This document shows positions 55,384 to 64,000 of a stretch of DNA of 64,000 nucleotides, one piece after another. Location of the stretch: IMG/VR virus record IMGVR_UViG_3300023174_000050, positions 126,132-190,131 of that record; one strand, given 5' to 3'. The position numbers were made by a program, and so were the translations under genes. The notes beneath the pieces are model-generated. The model was not told where the DNA came from and did no database searches. It was given only the letters and a program-made list of their open reading frames with translations. How positions within the stretch are numbered: the stretch's first letter is position 1; every line of letters begins with the position of its first letter. The DNA is from a virus.

Positions 55384-58302
55384 ATGGCAGATTTAAAATT
55401 ATCTGATTTAGCTGCGGCTTATAACGTTACTGATGACACGTATTTTTATACGATTCAGGGCGGAATAAGCCGCAAGTTGGGTTCCAATATCTTAGCTCAA
55501 AATTTAGTTGACCCCATATTAAAAGGTGCAATAGTACTGGACGGGGTCCAATTAATTAATGGCACAGATACTAATCAAACTATTAGCTTAACAAAGTCTA
55601 GAACAGAATTTAATATCGGGCCACGATCTGTAAATCCTACACTACCAGATGGCACCAGAGACGGATTAGTTAAAGTTATTACTCTTGCTAATGTTTCTGG
55701 TGGTGCTGTCTATATAACTACAGACAACTCAAATATCTATCCAAATACATGGGTAACATTAGGTAAAACTGGAGATACAGTTACCTTAATGTATACATCC
55801 AATACATATACCAAAGGATGGGTAATTTTAGGAACTTCTCCTGGAGTAAAAACAAATCAAACATTGGATGAGGCAAATGTTTCTTTTGATAGAATACGAA
55901 GAGCAATAAGTGCAAAAGATGAAACAATAATATATGATCAGGCTAATGGTAAGATCTCTGTAGGAAATATTGCAAATTTAATAGCTCAAGCAAATTTATT
56001 AGGGTTAACTACAGATAATTTGAGAGAAGGTAATGTAAATCTCTATTTTACTAATAATAGGGCAGTAATTGCTTTAACACCGGATTTAAATCAATTAAGA
56101 AAAAGAAATGCAAATATAATATATGTTGCAGTAAATGGTGATGATAGATTAGATGGTTTTACAATGGCAAATGCTATTGCAAACATTCATGTGGCTTTGG
56201 CAAGAGCTAACGCATACATGACAGTGCACGTATTTCCCGGAAGACACACGTTATATAATAACCCAGTAACAATACCTAGAAGAGTATCGTTAGTGGGGCA
56301 CGATTTAAGAACAACTGATGTATACGGCGCTAATCCAACTGCAGATATGTTCTATATGAACACTGGCGCTTATGTAAATGGATTTACTTTTAGGGGGCAT
56401 AGAGCAGCTAACCCAAATAATATTAAAGCAGGGCCTGCAGTATTCTCATATAATCCAGATGGTTCTGCTGGCAATATTACAACCAGCCCATATATTCAAA
56501 ATTGTTCATCAATTACAACTACAGGTACAGGCGTAAGGGTAGACGGTTCGTATGTTGGTGGATTAAAATCCATGGTGTTAGATGCATTTACTCAATTCAA
56601 TGAGGGCGGTATAGGTATACACTTATTGAATCAAGGATATATGCAATTAGTTTCATTGTTTACTATTTGCTGCAATTATTCTGTATTAGCTGAAAAAGGC
56701 GGTTTTGCTTCTATAACAAATTCCAATACATCATTTGGTACATATGGATTATATGCTGATGGCGTGAGTCCAGTATTATACAGAGGGAAAGTACTTCGAC
56801 AGTTATCAAGTAGAACTATTGAGTATGAAGGTACCAAAGTGCCCAATCTAAATGATAGATTGATAATGGCAAATTATAATAAGGCAAAATGTTTTAGAGA
56901 TACTGGACTTATTGTAGATGCATTATCATATGATTTAGCATACCAAAGTAATACTCAATCAAGATTTTCTGGTCTACAGTATTGGGCACAGGGTATAAGT
57001 CAAGTATCAGATCAAACGACAGAAGTATTAAATGCTGTTACATATTTTAAGAATTTAGCTACTAATGTAGTTGTAAACAGTACATCATGGGATGTTGATG
57101 CAACAACTCCATATCAGTCAGCTAACGCGCAAGTTATAATTAGCGGAGCACCTGGTTCTTCTGATTCTGCAAGAGAAGTTGCCAATTTATTTACTACATA
57201 TATTGATATATTTACAAATGGTACTTTTGGTGTTACTGATAAAATTATACCAAATTTATATAAGCCTGTAATACCCGCAGGTTACTATAACGCAGCAAAC
57301 TTATTAATTGCTAATAAGAATTTTATTAGCTCAGAAGTTGCAACATATTTTGCAAATAATTATCCATATGCAACATATATTCCTGGTAAAACTATATTCT
57401 CAGATGTTGGTAAACTTATAGATTCTATTTCTTTTGATATATTAAATAGTAATAGTACAGTTACATCTAATAAACAGACTCTAACTCGTGCAATATTAAA
57501 TTATAATTATAGTACAGATTTAAGTACAATTCAAAATCAAAGACCTCAGACTGCAGGTGCGTTCTCATTTATTAAAACATTTGTAGATGAAGTATTGTTT
57601 AAACAGGCAATTGCAAATACTTATCAAACTGCATATGTGCAAAATACAACTATAGCAGGCAATGTAACCGCATCCGAAATAAGTTATGTGCGTGCAAGAA
57701 TTGATGATATTGTAGATATTATTAATAATGGTCCTACATGGCAAAATGTACAGTATAATATTTTACCAATATCACTCACTGCCAATACTAATCCAAATAT
57801 AGTAGCAGCAACAAATATATTGATAGCAAATAGAGATTTTATTAGAGCAGAAGTACTTGCTTATGTTGATCAAAATTGGACAGATATTAGTAATGGTACA
57901 AGAAACTTCTACACCGTTAATGAAACAACAAATCTAGTGTCTAATATTTGCATAGTTACATTCGATGAAAAAATTCTAGCAGTAGATAGACCGCTTGCAA
58001 ATAGTGTAGTTTCTTTCCATCAAGGAAGTTATATTCAAACAAGTACACATACATTTGAATATGTTGGCTCAGGTGATACATTGACCACAGCATTGCCATA
58101 CAATGGCGGAAAACCTATTCAAGATAATGAAGTTGTATCTATAAATGGCGGAGCAGTTTATTATACCAGTACAGATCACAAGGGTGATTTTAGAATTGGC
58201 GATGAACTCTTAATTAGTAGAGCGACAGGTACCATTAATGGAAGAACATTCAATAAGAGTTTATTTGCAGTAATGACGCCATATATACTCGCATTACAAT
58301 AA
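55384..58302 (+). CDS. large tail/baseplate-associated protein with beta-helix region
   Basis: IYVAVNGDD...VHVFPG...VSLVGHDLRTT; SPYIQNCSS; C-terminal GDFRIG. Confidence 0.6.
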   Translation: MADLKLSDLAAAYNVTDDTYFYTIQGGISRKLGSNILAQNLVDPILKGAIVLDGVQLINGTDTNQTISLTKSRTEFNIGPRSVNPTLPDGTRDGLVKVITLANVSGGAVYITTDNSNIYPNTWVTLGKTGDTVTLMYTSNTYTKGWVILGTSPGVKTNQTLDEANVSFDRIRRAISAKDETIIYDQANGKISVGNIANLIAQANLLGLTTDNLREGNVNLYFTNNRAVIALTPDLNQLRKRNANIIYVAVNGDDRLDGFTMANAIANIHVALARANAYMTVHVFPGRHTLYNNPVTIPRRVSLVGHDLRTTDVYGANPTADMFYMNTGAYVNGFTFRGHRAANPNNIKAGPAVFSYNPDGSAGNITTSPYIQNCSSITTTGTGVRVDGSYVGGLKSMVLDAFTQFNEGGIGIHLLNQGYMQLVSLFTICCNYSVLAEKGGFASITNSNTSFGTYGLYADGVSPVLYRGKVLRQLSSRTIEYEGTKVPNLNDRLIMANYNKAKCFRDTGLIVDALSYDLAYQSNTQSRFSGLQYWAQGISQVSDQTTEVLNAVTYFKNLATNVVVNSTSWDVDATTPYQSANAQVIISGAPGSSDSAREVANLFTTYIDIFTNGTFGVTDKIIPNLYKPVIPAGYYNAANLLIANKNFISSEVATYFANNYPYATYIPGKTIFSDVGKLIDSISFDILNSNSTVTSNKQTLTRAILNYNYSTDLSTIQNQRPQTAGAFSFIKTFVDEVLFKQAIANTYQTAYVQNTTIAGNVTASEISYVRARIDDIVDIINNGPTWQNVQYNILPISLTANTNPNIVAATNILIANRDFIRAEVLAYVDQNWTDISNGTRNFYTVNETTNLVSNICIVTFDEKILAVDRPLANSVVSFHQGSYIQTSTHTFEYVGSGDTLTTALPYNGGKPIQDNEVVSINGGAVYYTSTDHKGDFRIGDELLISRATGTINGRTFNKSLFAVMTPYILALQ

Positions 58303-58311
58303 AGGATAAAA

Positions 58312-58674
58312 ATGGCAACACTAGTTCCCTTAAATACATTTAAAACAATTACGTCTAATTTATATACAAATGATACTATTTTGTATACTACGCCGGGTGA
58401 AACTGCAACTATTATATTGACTGCTCAAGTTAGTAACATTAGCGATAGGATTGCGAATGTTACCGTAATACATAGATCAAATGTTTTATCTGGAGGATTT
58501 AGAGTTATAACAGATACAGAATTGGTAAATAAGTTTGAAATAAATAAAAATGATGCAGCATCGGTTGTTGTAGGTAAAATTGTTTTAGAAGAAGACCAAG
58601 CTATTATTGCAAGGGCGGGTGCAAATGCGCACTTAAAGATACTCTTAAGTTTATTAGAAACATCGTTACAATAA
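58312..58674 (+). CDS. small virion-associated protein
   Basis: [27 protein letters not shown]. Confidence 0.6.
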   Translation: MATLVPLNTFKTITSNLYTNDTILYTTPGETATIILTAQVSNISDRIANVTVIHRSNVLSGGFRVITDTELVNKFEINKNDAASVVVGKIVLEEDQAIIARAGANAHLKILLSLLETSLQ

Positions 58675-58675
58675 A

Positions 58676-60436
<1,761 letters not shown>

Positions 60437-60437
60437 T

Positions 60438-60908
60438 ATGTTGACCTTGCAAGAATTTGATTATATTATTCATGATAATATTGTATATGATTTACAATTA
60501 TTAAATTATATTGATTCCGAAGGGAAAGATCATGTTGTTAAAGATTTAGGAACTCTTCATTCTTTAGTTGCATCTCAAAATTGTTCAATAAAATTAGAAG
60601 GTCTAGATTATTATAATAAAGAATTATATGATTGTTGTTTATCATTTAATCATACTGGTCCGGTGACCTGCCATGCCTTTCGGGCATTCAAAAATTCAAA
60701 AAGTTTTCCAGCACACGAAGATCCATATGACGTAGTACTACGAGTTATGTATGGCACAAAACATATTATTATGAATGAACAAGAGATTGTTCTTAAAGAA
60801 GGTGACCAGCTATTCATACCAAAAAACACTATGCACGAGGCAATTAATAAAGAAGAATCTTTAATTTTAAGTTTTGGTTTGGAAAAATTTTTAATAGACA
60901 AAATGTAA
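60438..60908 (+). CDS. JmjC/cupin 2OG-Fe(II) oxygenase (ROX/Cupin_4-like)
   Basis: FPAHEDPYDV (HxD) and LFIPKNTMHEA (distal His). Confidence 0.75.
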   Translation: MLTLQEFDYIIHDNIVYDLQLLNYIDSEGKDHVVKDLGTLHSLVASQNCSIKLEGLDYYNKELYDCCLSFNHTGPVTCHAFRAFKNSKSFPAHEDPYDVVLRVMYGTKHIIMNEQEIVLKEGDQLFIPKNTMHEAINKEESLILSFGLEKFLIDKM

Positions 60909-60923
60909 AATTTATATTATAAT
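60895..60923 (+). promoter_or_regulatory. sigma70-like promoter, probably giving a leaderless mRNA
   Basis: TAGACA-17nt-TATAAT ending 6 nt before ATG 60930; no SD. Confidence 0.5.
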
Positions 60924-60929
60924 GTATGA

Positions 60930-61997
60930 ATGAATAATATTTTAGTTTATCTTAAAACAACAGAAACTTGTAATTTAAATTGCAAACACTGTTTTACCAA
61001 TGGTACAAATGGTGCAAAAATATATTGGGATACCAATTTGGTTATAGATTGGATAACCAGATTATATAGACATACGCCAAATTTAGATAGTATACATTTT
61101 GAATTTCATGGCGGAGAACCTTTTTTGGTACCTGTTTCGGAAATGCAAAAGGTATATTGTGCCTGTAATTCTTTTTGGAAAAATACTACCTGGGGAGCAA
61201 CGTCAAATCTTACGTTCAAACTACAACAGGATCAAATACAATTTATAAAAAATGAACTTGGAAATAGAATAGGTACAAGTTGGGATCCAAAGATCAGATT
61301 TGCAAACAACAAACAATCTGATCTTTGGTTAAAAAATGTAAAAACATTGTTATCTGAAGGTGTAACTGTAAAATTATTCATTAGTGTTACTCAAGATACT
61401 ATTAACATAGAACCAATACACCTATTGAGTTGGATTAAAATGTTAGGAGTTCAAGAAGTATCCTTTGAGCGCTTGACGCATAATGGTAGTGCAAATCTAC
61501 ATCCAGAAATATTTCCTACAAACAAAGAACAGGATGCTTGGTTTTTAAGAATGCATGAACAAAGTGAATTATATGGTGCTAGAAACTGGTTTGATAATGA
61601 ATTTTTGGAAACAATCTATTCTAAATTTGAGTCCGGTTTTAATAGAGGAGGCACTTTTTGCAGGGATTGTGAGGAAAAATTATTTACCATTAATGCAGAT
61701 GGTAGTATATCCGGATGCCCTAATAGTGCACCCGAGGAGCATTTTGGTAAAATTACGGATAGTATAGAAAATCTATTATATAATCCAACAAGGATTAATA
61801 ACATTGCATGTGAAAGAAACATGGATGTGCGATGTTATTCCTGCGAAGTTTTTGAGTATTGTGGCGGAGATTGTCACCAATTATCATGGCAAGATGACGT
61901 ATGCGGTGCACCAAAAAGCCTAATGAAATCTCTGGCAGGTATAAATATTATATCAAATAAGATTATTAATATAAGGAAAGAAAAATGGCCGCACTAA
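60930..61997 (+). CDS. radical SAM protein with SPASM-type C-terminal domain
   Basis: CNLNCKHC (CxxxCxxC), FHGGEP, CRDC...GCPN, CYSCEVFEYCGGDC...C. Confidence 0.92.
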   Translation: MNNILVYLKTTETCNLNCKHCFTNGTNGAKIYWDTNLVIDWITRLYRHTPNLDSIHFEFHGGEPFLVPVSEMQKVYCACNSFWKNTTWGATSNLTFKLQQDQIQFIKNELGNRIGTSWDPKIRFANNKQSDLWLKNVKTLLSEGVTVKLFISVTQDTINIEPIHLLSWIKMLGVQEVSFERLTHNGSANLHPEIFPTNKEQDAWFLRMHEQSELYGARNWFDNEFLETIYSKFESGFNRGGTFCRDCEEKLFTINADGSISGCPNSAPEEHFGKITDSIENLLYNPTRINNIACERNMDVRCYSCEVFEYCGGDCHQLSWQDDVCGAPKSLMKSLAGINIISNKIINIRKEKWPH

Positions 61998-62605
61998 GTG
62001 ATCCGGTTAACGCCAACAATGTAATAAGCAGATTCTTCGACTACGTTAGAGCAACGGCTCAATCAGGTGTGACCTGGGGCTCGAATTATTTACCTACGTA
62101 CCAACCAGGATACGGGTATGCAGACGTTCAAGTTATACAAGCTGCCAGTATGGGCGGTCCCAATTATGGTGATCCTGGAATAAACACATTTATTAATAAT
62201 GCGTATCCGGGACAGGTAATTAATGCATACAATATTTACAATTACCTCAATTATTTTACATATGAATATTGCTACATAAGAAGTGTTAGGGCCGTTTTAA
62301 CTGTTACTGGTGACGGCGGTGATCAAGGCACACTACCTACTCCGGGCAACGTATACGATGCTACTGCAGTAGCGTATTTAAACTTTCGTAATACTCAGGC
62401 CGGATATGTCTCCGATTATGCAGCACCGGCGCAAGGAACAGTTGCTGCAGGGGAAAAAATAACTGCATTTTCAATGGAGGATTTTTTATCAAGATGTAGA
62501 ACGGCGTATAATAATTTTGCAAGAAATCAGACTTATCTGTGGAACCCGATAATTTGTCATGCATCTTGCCATACATCATGTCATGCATCTAGAGGAAGAA
62601 GATAA
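61985..62605 (+). CDS. 206 aa protein with C-terminal (C-H-x-S)x3-RGRR; candidate radical SAM substrate
   Basis: Ends ICHASCHTSCHASRGRR; overlaps the rSAM stop. Confidence 0.75.
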   Translation: MAALSDPVNANNVISRFFDYVRATAQSGVTWGSNYLPTYQPGYGYADVQVIQAASMGGPNYGDPGINTFINNAYPGQVINAYNIYNYLNYFTYEYCYIRSVRAVLTVTGDGGDQGTLPTPGNVYDATAVAYLNFRNTQAGYVSDYAAPAQGTVAAGEKITAFSMEDFLSRCRTAYNNFARNQTYLWNPIICHASCHTSCHASRGRR

Positions 62606-63312
62606 TGAATTTACCAAATAATGTGATTAAAACTATTGCACCCATTGCAATTGAGGATTTAAAAAAATATTTTTTAGATAAATCTATAACATATAATATA
62701 GATTATACTAATAGTAAAATTAAAGGTACAAAACTTTTAACGTATATTTCCAATTTGGATATACCATGCGATATTACCTTTAATGATAAAAATGAACAAG
62801 AAGAACTTTTAAAAGAGTATCTTAATTCGTCAGTTCTTTGTACTATTCGAAGTTTAGAAATTCTAACAATAAATTTATTGTTGGAATATAAAGAAATAAT
62901 TACAGAAAATTCGATACCCTATAAAAATTTTATAACAGATAATCTAGAAATTATAAAACAATGGGAAAGCAAATTGGATAGTTTGACACTATATAATATG
63001 TATATTGTGAATTCACCTGAGATGCAAGAATTTGCTAAAGGATTTCCTGAAGATAATAATGAAGAACTAGCAGGTATAAATTTTTTATCTTTATTAAAGC
63101 ATAATTCTTTTTATATTTACTATAGCAAGATTAAGGAATCAAATTTAAAATTTTATAAAAAATATTTCAATGAGTATATGTTTAAGGGAAAAAATTTATA
63201 TTCATATTGGGCCAACGAAAGTAACCCGTTATTTTTAATAACTTTTGGTATATCCGAAGGAATACAATTAATAGAAAATCAGGAGGTAGAACTTAATGAT
63301 ACACTTATTTGA
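62605..63312 (+). CDS. hypothetical protein
   Basis: 235 aa, TAATG coupling to the previous gene. Confidence 0.7.
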   Translation: MNLPNNVIKTIAPIAIEDLKKYFLDKSITYNIDYTNSKIKGTKLLTYISNLDIPCDITFNDKNEQEELLKEYLNSSVLCTIRSLEILTINLLLEYKEIITENSIPYKNFITDNLEIIKQWESKLDSLTLYNMYIVNSPEMQEFAKGFPEDNNEELAGINFLSLLKHNSFYIYYSKIKESNLKFYKKYFNEYMFKGKNLYSYWANESNPLFLITFGISEGIQLIENQEVELNDTLI

Positions 63313-64000
63313 CAATAAATTCTTACAATTAGATAAGTATGTTCGGCATTTTGATTATCGAGTAATTATATCAGAAGAATATGCCACGGACGATCTTAAA
63401 GATACCTCGGTAAATCCTAAAGTATTAAAATCTGGCAAAAATTTTAAAGATGCTCTGGGCGAAGATAAAGATGTCGATCATTTAATTCGATTACTTTTTA
63501 ATTTTAAATCAAAGGTAATTATACTTGCTGATATCAAAACTTATGCTAAAATATTAACTATTTGGTTAAAATCCATTACTAACATGGATAAAGAAAGATT
63601 TGACATATATGCAGATTGTTTTGCACATAAGGAATCCAAACTATATAATAATACGTCATTTTATAGAATATCTGCTATCATGAAATCTGAATGGGAAAAT
63701 TCTCCACAATTTGATTTTTCGGATTTAGATTATATGCCCTCCATAGAATTTATGTTTGCGTCTGCATTCTATGATAATAATTTTAGTAAAAAAGTAAAGT
63801 TGCAAACACAGCTTACAAAATTTATTAAAAGACAGTATGAGTTTCATATACTGGAAGCTAGGAGTTATATAGATACTTATATTTTAGATGCAGATATGCA
63901 GAAAATTCTTGGCGGAAGCGATAAGACATTATATAACTATTTAGAATTACCAAGAATGTCTGCATATAGACAGCCCTTTTTTAAAGAAGATATAGCCACT
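63296..64000 (+). CDS. hypothetical protein, 3'-truncated by the window
   Basis: AGGAGG RBS; MIHLFDNKFLQLDKY... open to the end of the window. Confidence 0.7.
   Translation, partial: MIHLFDNKFLQLDKYVRHFDYRVIISEEYATDDLKDTSVNPKVLKSGKNFKDALGEDKDVDHLIRLLFNFKSKVIILADIKTYAKILTIWLKSITNMDKERFDIYADCFAHKESKLYNNTSFYRISAIMKSEWENSPQFDFSDLDYMPSIEFMFASAFYDNNFSKKVKLQTQLTKFIKRQYEFHILEARSYIDTYILDADMQKILGGSDKTLYNYLELPRMSAYRQPFFKEDIAT

Overview
AT-rich segment of a large T4-like (Tevenvirinae/Kyanoviridae-style) myophage genome. The host is probably a betaproteobacterium, inferred from the tmRNA tag and host-derived genes. Layout: VWA + MoxR AAA pair (1-2970); a 17-gene glycan biosynthesis island (3018-17346); T4 core replication genes (gp45, gp44, gp62, regA, hsp20, gp43, uvsX, gp41) interrupted by a minus-strand membrane-protein cassette; two glycine-rich late proteins; an 8 kb translation island with 27 intact tRNAs covering all 20 amino acids, a circularly permuted two-piece tmRNA, unexplained structured RNAs and accessory genes (PBP, J-domain, OMP, HemA-dimer-like, rubrerythrin/rubredoxin, endonuclease, RpoZ); late/virion genes including a Gly-Ala-Thr collagen-like fibre; and at the right end a JmjC oxygenase + radical SAM/SPASM enzyme + protein ending in (C-H-x-S)x3-RGRR, a candidate RiPP-like protein-modification system that continues beyond the window. 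Other strong leads: ORFs whose stop codons lie inside downstream tRNAs (non-stop mRNA after tRNA processing, ArfA-like logic next to a phage tmRNA), an atypical tRNA-Ile(UAU), and a tRNA half followed by an endonuclease gene and an intact replacement tRNA. Family assignments come from motif recognition, not database searches.
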